Made by a program: the position numbers and the translations under genes. The notes below the pieces were generated by a model. That model did not search any database. It was not told where the DNA came from and was given only the letters and a program-made list of their open reading frames with translations. Positions 47,210 through 57,195 of a stretch of 64,000 nucleotides of DNA are shown in pieces. How positions within the stretch are numbered: position 1 is the first letter of the stretch; every line of letters starts with the position of its first letter. The stretch lies in the IMG/VR virus record IMGVR_UViG_3300036944_000561, positions 64,525-128,524 of that record. The stretch is one strand, 5' to 3'. This DNA is from a virus.

Positions 47210-47878
47210 TTATTTCTTAAATAAACGTCTTAGAGAGGAATCTTTCTTTTTGGGGTGTTTAAGTTCTTCTAATCTCTTTTTCTCTTTGGCCTTTTCAGCC
47301 GATTTGATCGCTTTCTCCTTTCTCCTTTCTTCGTATGATGCAGCTCTTGAGATAAAATCCTGAGCCATATCAGAAGTGAGATTGGTATCCTTCATGACAT
47401 CTTCATCTTCTGAAAACGCAGCGAATCCACCCATATTTGAAAATGAAGCATTTTTGAAATATTCTTCTTGTTTTTCTAAGTTGATTGTGTTCCCGAATGT
47501 TCTATCAATAGTTGTAGTTGCCCAAGAATAGAAATTCACCCGCCCGGATCTTTCCCCGATTTTATCTGGATCAAAACAATGAACATATCTAACAAGATTC
47601 ATAATTGCATCACAAACCATATCTTCACGATAATGATAGTTTCTGAAATTGTAGCGGTATGAAAGATTTTCACAAATTCTCTTAATATGGTAGCCGAGAA
47701 TTTCTGGGACTGGAGCATCTTGAGGACGACCTTCTTTGATAGCATCTATTCGTTTTTGACGCCATTTCCTGATAGTTTCAATGCAGACTTGGTTGTCTTC
47801 TTCTGTGAAATATATGTTAGCTGATTCTCCTTTATCAACATATCGCATTCCCATTATCGAATCCTCATTGTGCTTCAA
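47210..47878 (-). CDS. gp55: Late-transcription sigma factor gp55
   Basis: ICENLSYRYNFRNY.YREDMV.DA, FDP and FYSWAT; syntenic with gp47. Confidence 0.9.
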   Translation of the reverse strand: MKHNEDSIMGMRYVDKGESANIYFTEEDNQVCIETIRKWRQKRIDAIKEGRPQDAPVPEILGYHIKRICENLSYRYNFRNYHYREDMVCDAIMNLVRYVHCFDPDKIGERSGRVNFYSWATTTIDRTFGNTINLEKQEEYFKNASFSNMGGFAAFSEDEDVMKDTNLTSDMAQDFISRAASYEERRKEKAIKSAEKAKEKKRLEELKHPKKKDSSLRRLFKK

Positions 47879-48386
47879 TTAGTTTATTTATTGATGTAAA
47901 AGCATCTTCTTTTGATTTAAAGAACTTTGTGGTATACCTGGGATCGTTGACTTCAGTTTTTAGTCTACCATATCTTGAAAATTTGTCTGCAAGTTCATTC
48001 CCCTCGATTCCTGAATGACCTTTCACCCAATTGAAGTCTATTTTACCGCGCAATTCATCACCGATAAAGCGTCCCAAATTTACAAAATCGTGATTGGTAC
48101 TTGCTTCCCAAGTGCTACCAGGACTCAATAAACCGATGCACAATTTGCTATCAGTGAAAATCTGACATCCATGAGTTTTATTGAATTGTTTGTTGAAAAA
48201 TCTTGAAAGTGCAAATGAGTAAATGACACCAAGAAGTTCTCCTTGGTTGTTAGTCGCCGGGGTTTCTAAATAACCATAATGAATAATGGGGTTCTTTTCA
48301 GGCAGATACAATATAGAAGCCCAGCCAGCATTCTTCTTTTTCACATTGTCTGACGAACCATCTGTGTAGAATAGGAAACTTGTCAT
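47865..48386 (-). CDS. rnhA: Ribonuclease HI (cellular RnhA type)
   Basis: YTDGS, TNNQGEL, TDSK and WVKGHSG..GNELAD. Confidence 0.92.
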   Translation of the reverse strand: MTSFLFYTDGSSDNVKKKNAGWASILYLPEKNPIIHYGYLETPATNNQGELLGVIYSFALSRFFNKQFNKTHGCQIFTDSKLCIGLLSPGSTWEASTNHDFVNLGRFIGDELRGKIDFNWVKGHSGIEGNELADKFSRYGRLKTEVNDPRYTTKFFKSKEDAFTSINKLIEAQ

Positions 48387-48424
48387 GACTAAATATTCCA
48401 TATTGGATTACAGGGGTAATTAAA

Positions 48425-50878
48425 ATGCCATCTCCGACTTATAGACTTGCACTAACAGCCCAAGAAGTTGAGCAGTTACTTGCAAAAATTCCGTTGATGA
48501 TCAGCTCAGATATCATCAGAACCAGCTTGGCTAATGCTGATGATTCAACCATACCCACTACAAAAGCCGTTCAGAATGCGCTCGATGTTATCTCTGGTGA
48601 CTTTTCTAGCCTTGGTGATTTAGCGTTCGATGATACTATAGATCTGACTTCGAACAAAGCGACAAATGTTTTGCCTATAACCAAAGGTGGAACCGGGTCA
48701 AACACGGTTGAAGGCGCTCAGTTGAATCTGGGAATCTTAACCGAAGCCGATGTTCAAGCATTGATTGATGAAAGCATCCCAACCATTCAATCGGTGGATC
48801 TAAGTTCTAATCAAGCAATCGGAATTCTTCCTGTATCTAAAGGGGGAACCGGGGCAAATACCAGTGGACAAGCACGAACCAATCTGGGGGTTTATTCCAT
48901 TGCTGAAACTAGATCTTTGTTCACCACTGTTCAATTGACATTGACAGATGCCGCTATTACCAAGTTGGCGGCAGCAACTGTTTCAGCTCCTGTAACAGTT
49001 TCTGAAATGGCGGTAAGTGATACATTGGGGACTATTGTTTCTTCACGGACTGCTTTGTCAAATGAAGTTTGGCGAGGAAATCTTTCCAACACCATTTTGA
49101 CCGATACCAACGATGACCTGTTGAAATATTTTGAAGCATTTATTCCAACCAACACTGCAGCATTCACAACTCTTGAAGTCGGATTATTCGATACTGAAGG
49201 AACGTTGTTCGCAATTGGATCAATACAAAATTTCAATAAAACAGCGACAACTTCATTGAAAATTCAAGCGGTTGTACCGTTTACTTCTAGTGCTCAGACA
49301 GATGTTTTTGTGAAACAAGAAATCAAGATGAAGCATTCTGAGTTAGATGAACTAAATGCTGTTGGTGCTCATGATCAGATTTATCGTAGAAAAACCACCG
49401 TTGCTGAGATTGAAAGCGGTGTGTTCTCTGTTGGTGATAGATTAGAAGTAACTGATAGAAATAATGCATCATTTGATGTGATTTCAGGCGGTACGTCTGA
49501 TGGTTATAGTGTTTTAGATGCTGGCAATGGTAACACTGCTGTATTATCTGAGAGAAATACAAAACGGTCAGTGATAGCGACTGGTGCGGTTGGTGATGGT
49601 GTAACTTCTGATTCAGCAGCAATCGCGGCGGCAAACATTTCGGGCGGGAATACGGTTGAGCTAGTTAGTAACTTCACCTATGCAATAGACTCCTCAATTT
49701 CCCTTGAAAGATTTAGCTCATTAACATCAGATGACCTACAGTCCTTTTCTCTTGCTACGGTAAAATGGATTGGTGCCACAAGTGGAACAATGCTTCAAGA
49801 AGAATCAAATCAAACTATCGAAGGAGTTAGTTTTGATGGTGATTCTAAAAGCGGAGTTAAAGGATTTTATGTCGGAAATTCTACGAAGTTCACAGCATAT
49901 TCAACATTGCGAAGAACACGCGCCGAAAATTTAGACATTGGCTACTATGTAGATAACTGTTTTGACACAAACCTTGAACAAATACGGTCTGCAAATAACC
50001 GTATCGGCATCCACATCAATCCTGCTGCATTCACCGGTGATGGTGGTTACGTAACAACTTTCAGGATAAAACGTGCTTATGTAACTGGTAACACTCAGCA
50101 GGGTTTGCGAGATTCATCATCAGTAAAAGCAAAAGTATTATCAGTTGAGGATAGTGTTTTTGAATTGAACGGTGACGCCACATACCCTCAAATTGATTTG
50201 GCTGAAAACCAAGCTGGGGTATTGGCAAAGCTTTATGTCGAAGATGGGACGCAAACAACAACAGCTATTAAGATGCAATCAGGAGCACTAAGAGATTCAT
50301 ACATCAACGGATTTGCTGTTGGTGTTGACCTTGGTAGCGGCTCAAGTAACATCATCATGGACAACGTTAAATTCGCGTCTGGGGCTGGTGCATCAGTGCA
50401 ATCATCTGGCGGAGCAAACGCTTCATACGCTGGCTTTAGAAAAGTTGAGTTCAGTGGCGCACCGAGCTTGCAAACAGTGTGCGTTGTATATGATGGTTGT
50501 TCAGGTGATATGCCGTCAGGAATACCAGCATATTCACACGTTGTAACTGGTACAGTTCCGAAATCTGGTGTGGGTACAACTCCCGCAATAACACGCAATA
50601 TTGAAGCATGGCTTGTTAGTAACGCAGGAACAACAGTTGATGCAAACAGCCAATATCGGTTCAATGGAACAATAACAGCATCACGTATAACAGATGGCAA
50701 TAGCGTGTTATCTGTTACGCCACAAACGCAGTTACCAACAGGGTTGATGGCGACAGTGGAGCGCAATACAGACACAACTGCAAGAATTGTTATATCAAAC
50801 GTAACAACTGCAAGTGTAGTATTGCCAGCTAATACCTATGTTGTACGAGTTGAACAGTTTTATCAGATGAACAGTTAA
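48425..50878 (+). CDS. Tailspike C: DUF3751/P2-gpH-like collar domain + pectate-lyase-type beta-helix
   Basis: LTDAAITKLA...MAVSD...EVGLFDTEGTLFAIG; KHSEL...AHDQI junction; GAVGDGVTSDSAAI; CTAAATA upstream. Confidence 0.82.
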   Translation: MPSPTYRLALTAQEVEQLLAKIPLMISSDIIRTSLANADDSTIPTTKAVQNALDVISGDFSSLGDLAFDDTIDLTSNKATNVLPITKGGTGSNTVEGAQLNLGILTEADVQALIDESIPTIQSVDLSSNQAIGILPVSKGGTGANTSGQARTNLGVYSIAETRSLFTTVQLTLTDAAITKLAAATVSAPVTVSEMAVSDTLGTIVSSRTALSNEVWRGNLSNTILTDTNDDLLKYFEAFIPTNTAAFTTLEVGLFDTEGTLFAIGSIQNFNKTATTSLKIQAVVPFTSSAQTDVFVKQEIKMKHSELDELNAVGAHDQIYRRKTTVAEIESGVFSVGDRLEVTDRNNASFDVISGGTSDGYSVLDAGNGNTAVLSERNTKRSVIATGAVGDGVTSDSAAIAAANISGGNTVELVSNFTYAIDSSISLERFSSLTSDDLQSFSLATVKWIGATSGTMLQEESNQTIEGVSFDGDSKSGVKGFYVGNSTKFTAYSTLRRTRAENLDIGYYVDNCFDTNLEQIRSANNRIGIHINPAAFTGDGGYVTTFRIKRAYVTGNTQQGLRDSSSVKAKVLSVEDSVFELNGDATYPQIDLAENQAGVLAKLYVEDGTQTTTAIKMQSGALRDSYINGFAVGVDLGSGSSNIIMDNVKFASGAGASVQSSGGANASYAGFRKVEFSGAPSLQTVCVVYDGCSGDMPSGIPAYSHVVTGTVPKSGVGTTPAITRNIEAWLVSNAGTTVDANSQYRFNGTITASRITDGNSVLSVTPQTQLPTGLMATVERNTDTTARIVISNVTTASVVLPANTYVVRVEQFYQMNS

Positions 50879-50911
50879 ACAAAAGCCCATTAATTGTGGT
50901 TATCCACTAAC

Positions 50912-50942
50912 ACAAAGACGGTGCTCATCATGCCGTCTTTTT
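50912..50942 (+). terminator. Terminator, second copy of 10498-10528
   Basis: 30/31 identity, including the loop. Confidence 0.8.
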
Positions 50943-50984
50943 AAAATACTTTAACCTTCGTATTGTATAGAATAAGGATTTATT

Positions 50985-51060
50985 ATGCCATTAGAAACAG
51001 TCACAACTCTCACTAAGTTGAATGAAGATTGACCGTTGGGGTCTGATCCAATGGTACAAG
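50985..51060 (+). pseudogene. Remnant start of a tail-fibre-like gene
   Basis: AAGGA SD; MPLETVTTLTKLNED*PLGSDP with TGA at 51030; collides with the convergent gp51-like gene. Confidence 0.4.
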
Positions 51061-51071
51061 ACAACCTTATT

Positions 51072-51242
51072 TCATTCTTCTTTCTGTTGTCTCTTAAATT
51101 CTAACAACAATTCAAACTGCCATGGCATCATATCATTAAATTCAGCCGGGGTCACACCAACCCCGGTCAGTTCATCTTTCCTTGTAATGAAAGCCAGTAG
51201 TTCAAAATACTCTTCCAATGAGCCTGGCATAACGATCGTCAT
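51072..51242 (-). CDS. Baseplate hub assembly protein, gp51-like (56 aa, not in the ORF track)
   Basis: MTIVMPGSLEEYF...EFNDMMPWQFELLL; ATGA overlap with gp26. Confidence 0.7.
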   Translation of the reverse strand: MTIVMPGSLEEYFELLAFITRKDELTGVGVTPAEFNDMMPWQFELLLEFKRQQKEE

Positions 51243-51997
51243 TGAAAAAGTTTTGAAACACCACTATCCAATTTCAATACATGTTCATGACCACAATCTG
51301 GGCAAGTTCCTTTCAAAGTCATAGAACATTTGGGCATATTCTTGACATACTTCTCAAGAACAAACAATTGAAAATCAGAACCAAGAAGTTTCATGAATTG
51401 ATTCTTCTCTTCTTGGGTATATTCATTCATGTACCAGGCATCATCTTCAGTGTACACGCAATCTATGAATCGGGACAACACTTCTTCAGATATATTTTCA
51501 AGAGATTCTAATTCAGCCAATTCAAGGGTTCCCCGGTAAGAAGGAAATCTTAGTTTGAAAGTATACTCACCCATCTTGAATTCATCTTGGAAATTTTCAT
51601 TTTCAATGATGGTGGCTTCATCCAGGTTTGTTGAAAGAATGACTCTTTCACATTTGCATTCTCCCTCACCACAAGGACGAACAAAGTCAACAGTTTCACC
51701 AATCGAAATTGCTCTGAGTTTCAACAACAAAAACTCACTCAAGAATACAGGCATCTCTAACGGATCCAGAGCCTTCCCGGTCTGATCAGTATAGGATACA
51801 ACGTTCTTCTCTATAATCTCCCTGAGAGCATCATATCGTTCCTCAGTAGTGACTGTACTATCCTCATCAGCAACCAGGCGCTGCAATAAAATAGATTGGT
51901 CGCCCAAACCCCAAGCATGATACGTTATATTGCCCCATTTGGTCTTCACCAATTTCTGAGTGCGAGGGATTGAAGTTGGTAATGGTTTTTTCGACAT
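51239..51997 (-). CDS. gp26: Baseplate hub subunit gp26
   Basis: EFLLLKLRAISIGE, FKLRFPSY and CPDCG. Confidence 0.8.
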   Translation of the reverse strand: MSKKPLPTSIPRTQKLVKTKWGNITYHAWGLGDQSILLQRLVADEDSTVTTEERYDALREIIEKNVVSYTDQTGKALDPLEMPVFLSEFLLLKLRAISIGETVDFVRPCGEGECKCERVILSTNLDEATIIENENFQDEFKMGEYTFKLRFPSYRGTLELAELESLENISEEVLSRFIDCVYTEDDAWYMNEYTQEEKNQFMKLLGSDFQLFVLEKYVKNMPKCSMTLKGTCPDCGHEHVLKLDSGVSKLFQ

Positions 51998-52091
51998 GAT
52001 GAAATCCTTATATTGAATCTGGCTATATTTACTGGCCAAAAATATTTTAAAAATTATTTTAAAAGTGGTTTTTTCAATAGCAAATCAATAT

Positions 52092-52129
52092 TACCCTAAA
52101 CCCCGTGGTTTGCCCGAAAATGATTTTAA
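52092..52129 (+). repeat. 38-bp perfect repeat upstream of the DNA polymerase operon
   Basis: Identical to the reverse complement of 19349-19386. Confidence 0.95.
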
Positions 52130-52150
52130 AAGATCAAAAGGAGATAAAAG

Positions 52151-52840
52151 ATGGGCAATAAAATGTCCCAGTTGGAAGGAAGAGTTCTTCCTATAGTACA
52201 TTCTATTCTTCGCCACCCGGCGGAAAATTCATCTGCTTTAGCATCTGACCTCAATGAGGCATTGTCAGGAGGTGTACCCGGTCAGGTGAAACTTCACAAT
52301 TTCATTCAGATTGTAGAGCTGGGAGAAAATGCAGCCACTCATGTTCTCAAGGAAATTACATCTCCTTCATTCTCGCTCAACATCAAGTTTGAAAATTGTC
52401 AAGGTCTGGTGTGTGAACAGTGGGATGTTTGGAATCAAAAAGTTCATAATCAGATCGATAGATTGACAATAGAAGTTTCAGGGGGTAAAACTCCTGGATT
52501 CTATGTATTCTGTTACAAAAATGTTCCTATGGTTGCTCTGATGATGTATTCTACCAATTTTATGCAGTGGGCAGAACGAATAGGATTGAAGATATCCAAA
52601 AACCAACGAACATCTGATCCTTCAACACATTATGTGAACAAGAAAGTTGCTGAAGAATGGGGTTTGTTGTGGATACACCCATTAGTTGAAAATCAGACAT
52701 TGGGGGACATTGTTTCAGAATTAGATGTTGAGATCGTTCCTTCTAATTGGAAAGATATGTTTGCAACTGTCAGGAAATCCGTCTCGGGAAACAGAATTAA
52801 TATTGAAGAATTGAAACAAGAATTAAACCATTTTGACTAG
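52151..52840 (+). CDS. Hypothetical protein
   Basis: AGGAG SD; 229 aa. Confidence 0.65.
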   Translation: MGNKMSQLEGRVLPIVHSILRHPAENSSALASDLNEALSGGVPGQVKLHNFIQIVELGENAATHVLKEITSPSFSLNIKFENCQGLVCEQWDVWNQKVHNQIDRLTIEVSGGKTPGFYVFCYKNVPMVALMMYSTNFMQWAERIGLKISKNQRTSDPSTHYVNKKVAEEWGLLWIHPLVENQTLGDIVSELDVEIVPSNWKDMFATVRKSVSGNRINIEELKQELNHFD

Positions 52841-52895
52841 CAAATAAAATGGTTGACAATATCCTCTAATCTTTCAACAGCATCATGGAATAATA

Positions 52896-55793
52896 ATGAC
52901 TGAAAGTAATAAACCTTTCCCGACTGGAATATACAGATCTGGGAATGATCTAGTTTTTCGCCTTTGCACTCAGGACGGAAAACGCAAAAAGTTCAAACAT
53001 AGATTCCAACCATGTCTCTTTCTTCCAGCGCCTCCGGATACTCCTGTAGAAGTTGCTGAACATTTTGCATTGCGCGGTGAACCAGATCCTCGTAACAAAA
53101 CCCCATTGGTCAAGCGCCAATTTGATAACATGTACGAGATGAAGCAATATCTTGATGAGAATTTCGATGTTCCTGGTGTCCGACTCTATGGTTCAAAGAG
53201 CCCAGTCATTCAGGCATATAGTGACTTCTTCCCTGAAGATATCAAACCGAATTTCAAACACATTCGTTGTATGAACCTCGATATAGAAGTGGTGTCTTCG
53301 TTTGAAAAGGATGGAATGATCGGGTTTGGACCTTTCCCTGAGCCAATTATCGAAGAGGAACAATACAGAAGCAACAGTTTCAACATCGACATTTATAGTG
53401 ACCACGTGACAGAATTCTATAAGTGGTGGAATGTTGAGTTTCCCAATTCTGTTATTCCTATTTGGACTAACATGAACGCTGCTTTCCCTATTGTTTCTCT
53501 ACAGCTTTCAGATAAGAACCTTAACAAACAAATCATTTGGGGTCTGCCGCTTAGACGTAACCGAAACAAATTCGTTTACAATCCGAAAGATGAAGAAATT
53601 TCTGGTCTTGATGTTGAATACCGTGAATTTTCAACTGAGCAGGATATGCTCAAAGATTTCATCAAATATTGGGCATCAAGAGACCCAGATTTATGGACAG
53701 GTTGGAACATATCACAGTTTGACGCACCATATCTTGCTGAGCGCGTGATAAAGATCCTTGGATCTGATTGGGTGAATTCACTTAGTACCATTGGTCGAGC
53801 TTATAAGAAGCTCGAGAAGCCTAAGAAGGGACTTCCGTACAACACTTGGGTGTTTGATGGTGTACCCGCTATGCCATATGATGATTTGTATCGCCGACAC
53901 CGCTTGGTAGAACGTGCTCGATATTCGTTGGATTTCATATCACATATCGAACTTGACGAACAGAAATTGAGTTATGCTCATGTGAAGAGTTTGAACACAT
54001 TGTGGTTCGTTGAATATGAAAACTTTATTCGATATGGTATCAAAGATATCAATCTGGTTGACAAATTAGACGCAAAACTCGGTTATCTGAATCTGACATA
54101 TATGCTAGCGGCCTTGTACAAGTGTAACTATTCAGAAACATTGTCTACTGTTACACCATGGTCATCTTTGTTGTATAGCTTCAATGCTAAGAAGAATAGA
54201 TATCCGTTGCTCAAGAGACACCAGACATTTACTGACAGCTTTCCGGGGGCATTTGTCCATGATCCTTTACCGGGCAGATATCTATGGTTGTTATCAGAGG
54301 ATCTGAATTCACTGTACCCGCACATTTTCCAACAATACAATCTGGGTCCAGAAACGATTGTTACTGAATCAGAACGTCGTGACATCATATATGAAATGAT
54401 TCAAGAAGTGGATGCTTTCAAGACTACAGATTTTCAACAGAATCGTGCAAAGACTGCGTTGCTGGATGCTTTACGAAACGAACGTGAAATCATCAACGAA
54501 TTGGTAGATTTTGGATTGTTTGAATTTCAATGCTTGAAAGATCATGGTGTATCCATGACTCCAAATCTTCAATTCTTTATCAACGACGAAATAAGCTGTT
54601 ACAGCGTGATCATGCGAGAGAAATACGCTACTCGTAAAACTTTCAAAAAATCTATGCTCAAACATGAACAAATCATGGTTGATTTGAAAACTTCTGGAAA
54701 GAAAAATTCACAAGAATATCATGATGCCGATTATCAGCATTCTAATGATGACACATCACAACATGGTGTGAAAATTTTATTGAATGCGGGATATGGTGCG
54801 GTCGGTACAGAATGGTTGACGGAATATTTTGATCCTAGGATTGCTCGAGCAACTACCGCTTCTGGCGAATTCATCAACAAGTGGATCACCAAGCAAGTGA
54901 CTGGGTATCTTCGAGATCTAACCAATGAGCCTAATCATAGATTTGTTGTATATGGTGACACTGACAGTTGTTATATTACACTGGAAAAACTTGCTAAATT
55001 GCGTGGTTGGGATAAATTAGAACGAAAAGAAGCCATATCCGAAGTCGACAAGTTTGAAAAAGAAGAACTGAAACCATTCATTGAAGAAAATTGTAAGCGA
55101 CTCGCTGATAGTGTCAACGCATTTGAACAACGTATGTTTTGGGGGCGTGAAGTCATATCCATTCACGGAGGAATTTTTCAAGCCAAAAAGCGTTATTGTT
55201 TGTTGGTAGATGACTCAGAAGGGGTTCATTATGAAACCCCGAAATTGAAAGTCACCGGGTTGGAAAGTAAGAAATCAACTACCCCGGAAATTTGTGTTGA
55301 CTGGTTTGAGACATGTTACAAATTAGCAATTTTGAACAAACAAGAAGAAATATATGAAAAGGTAAAGGAATATCGGGATATTTGGAATTCTCAATCACCT
55401 GCTGATATTGCAACTGCTTCAAGTTGCAGCAACATCACTAAGTTCATGAGCAATGGAGAATGGGTGCCAATCAAGAATACACCCTATCAGGCTTCCTCAG
55501 CAATGCTACACAATCGTTTGATCAGTGAGCGAGGGGGTAGAACACCCTTGATAGGAGACGGCTCTAAACTCCTTTTGGTCGTCCTGAAGAAAAACAATCC
55601 ATACAATGCCAATTACATTGCATTTCAGAATTTCTTCCCAGAAGAATTGGAAGATGTCAAGGCTTGGATTGATTATGAAGGGTTGTTTGAAAAGAACTTT
55701 CTAACCCCCTTGGATCTATTGTTAGGCGCGGTTAAAATGGATCACAAGAAAAAAGTCAACGTATTCAGTTTCATAAAGAAAAAGGCAGAATAA
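52896..55793 (+). CDS. gp43: Family B DNA polymerase gp43
   Basis: DIEV, GWNISQFD, DLNSLYP, KILLNAGYG and YGDTDS. Confidence 0.97.
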   Translation: MTESNKPFPTGIYRSGNDLVFRLCTQDGKRKKFKHRFQPCLFLPAPPDTPVEVAEHFALRGEPDPRNKTPLVKRQFDNMYEMKQYLDENFDVPGVRLYGSKSPVIQAYSDFFPEDIKPNFKHIRCMNLDIEVVSSFEKDGMIGFGPFPEPIIEEEQYRSNSFNIDIYSDHVTEFYKWWNVEFPNSVIPIWTNMNAAFPIVSLQLSDKNLNKQIIWGLPLRRNRNKFVYNPKDEEISGLDVEYREFSTEQDMLKDFIKYWASRDPDLWTGWNISQFDAPYLAERVIKILGSDWVNSLSTIGRAYKKLEKPKKGLPYNTWVFDGVPAMPYDDLYRRHRLVERARYSLDFISHIELDEQKLSYAHVKSLNTLWFVEYENFIRYGIKDINLVDKLDAKLGYLNLTYMLAALYKCNYSETLSTVTPWSSLLYSFNAKKNRYPLLKRHQTFTDSFPGAFVHDPLPGRYLWLLSEDLNSLYPHIFQQYNLGPETIVTESERRDIIYEMIQEVDAFKTTDFQQNRAKTALLDALRNEREIINELVDFGLFEFQCLKDHGVSMTPNLQFFINDEISCYSVIMREKYATRKTFKKSMLKHEQIMVDLKTSGKKNSQEYHDADYQHSNDDTSQHGVKILLNAGYGAVGTEWLTEYFDPRIARATTASGEFINKWITKQVTGYLRDLTNEPNHRFVVYGDTDSCYITLEKLAKLRGWDKLERKEAISEVDKFEKEELKPFIEENCKRLADSVNAFEQRMFWGREVISIHGGIFQAKKRYCLLVDDSEGVHYETPKLKVTGLESKKSTTPEICVDWFETCYKLAILNKQEEIYEKVKEYRDIWNSQSPADIATASSCSNITKFMSNGEWVPIKNTPYQASSAMLHNRLISERGGRTPLIGDGSKLLLVVLKKNNPYNANYIAFQNFFPEELEDVKAWIDYEGLFEKNFLTPLDLLLGAVKMDHKKKVNVFSFIKKKAE

Positions 55794-55794
55794 T

Positions 55795-56457
55795 ATGTAT
55801 CATACTGGAAGTGTTATCACTCGTGAGAAATTGTTCATTGTTGCATTTGATTGTGACCTCACATTATTAGAAACTCTAACACCGTGGCTGAACTTCTTTG
55901 GATTGTCTTTGGATGAAGTTCCTAGGGCAGAGCCAGGGGTAGTTTCGGACCTTAGTCCATGGATTCGTAAAAATCGTCGGAAGAATTTCGAAATTGAACC
56001 TACAGACTGGTGGAAAATGCCGGGAGTGTACAAGAATGCTCAGCCATTACCAGGCGTATTTCATTTCATTCAAGATCTTCAAGAGATGTTAGAGAAAGAG
56101 ACATCAAAAGAAGTTCGATTTGTAGTGGTGAGTTCATGTCATCCAGAGCACATCAATGAAAAATGGATGCGGATAGAAGAATTGTTTCCTATGATGTTTG
56201 ATGCAAAGATTCCTACTTCTTCAAAACATTATGTCGATTTCGATTTATTGTTTGATGATTCGTTGGGGGTTCTTCAGAATTGTGTGGACTCTGGAAAGCA
56301 TATTGTTGTTCATGAAACTGGACTGAGCAAAATTAATCCACAAATAGAAAATTGGTCATACATATACAACCCAACTAGATATCCTAAAACTTTTGAATAT
56401 TCCACCAGTATAATAAACGAATTGCGGTCAAAACTGAAAATTCTTGGGTGGATTTAG
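55795..56457 (+). CDS. HAD-family 5'(3')-deoxyribonucleotidase
   Basis: FDCDLTL, AQPLPG, K..VDFDLLFDD. Confidence 0.8.
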   Translation: MYHTGSVITREKLFIVAFDCDLTLLETLTPWLNFFGLSLDEVPRAEPGVVSDLSPWIRKNRRKNFEIEPTDWWKMPGVYKNAQPLPGVFHFIQDLQEMLEKETSKEVRFVVVSSCHPEHINEKWMRIEELFPMMFDAKIPTSSKHYVDFDLLFDDSLGVLQNCVDSGKHIVVHETGLSKINPQIENWSYIYNPTRYPKTFEYSTSIINELRSKLKILGWI

Positions 56458-57195
56458 ATGAAAACATTCAACATGCATATTCTCAAAGGGGCTTCAGGCA
56501 CTGGGAAAGGAACAAGAGTCAGTCAATTGATAGAATGGTTGAAGACTCAGGAAACCCCCATTGTGTGGACTCCTCAGAAAAAGCCGTTCGGATTACTTTT
56601 CCCCAAGCATGGGTTTATGTTCATCGGTTGTTATACAGAATCTAACAAGTCTGGGCTAACCTCCTGGTCTTCTATGGATATGGTTCACGCTACTGTGAAA
56701 ACAGCTGATGCTGGTCGTGAGATTCTTCGTAGAGCAAAAGAATATGCTATAGAAAATTCTTCATTTGATACGGTTTCCCTTGTCGTAGAAGGAGAACCAA
56801 TGTTTTTGTCTGACAAGTACAGACCAAAATTTATATCGGAATTCTACGAACCAGATAATTTGTACATGTCATATTTTGTTTATGCCTCAAGGGAACAATA
56901 TGACCAAAGAATCAGATGTCGTTCTGGTATAGATAAGGGTGGAGACAGTGGTTGGTCAAGAGCTGATGGATACCCGAAAGAATTTGAAAAATCAAAGCAA
57001 GAAGCGGTACTCTTAGACAAGCCTTCTTGCTTTATAACCATGCATCAATTCGATGAAGAAGTTTCTTTGTGGGGTTCAATTGCTCTCAATCGACAAGGTT
57101 TTGATCCCAAGGAATTTGAAATTTGGTCTGAGAAGAATAAAATGTTAAGATCTATAGGAACAGACCCCTTAAACAAATCAAGGAAACTTTGGTAA
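56458..57195 (+). CDS. P-loop kinase of the 5hmdU modification cluster
   Basis: ILKGASGTGKGT, IGCY and VVEG; ends RKLW. Confidence 0.78.
   Translation: MKTFNMHILKGASGTGKGTRVSQLIEWLKTQETPIVWTPQKKPFGLLFPKHGFMFIGCYTESNKSGLTSWSSMDMVHATVKTADAGREILRRAKEYAIENSSFDTVSLVVEGEPMFLSDKYRPKFISEFYEPDNLYMSYFVYASREQYDQRIRCRSGIDKGGDSGWSRADGYPKEFEKSKQEAVLLDKPSCFITMHQFDEEVSLWGSIALNRQGFDPKEFEIWSEKNKMLRSIGTDPLNKSRKLW

Noticed and set aside
11441-51032. Genome-wide TGA recoding, suggested by in-frame TGAs at 11441, 35129 and 51030
   Set aside because: The expected residues differ (Gly versus Trp), and many genuine genes end in TGA with ATGA overlaps (gp47/gp46, gp26/gp51-like, NADAR/PLP), so TGA is a normal stop here.
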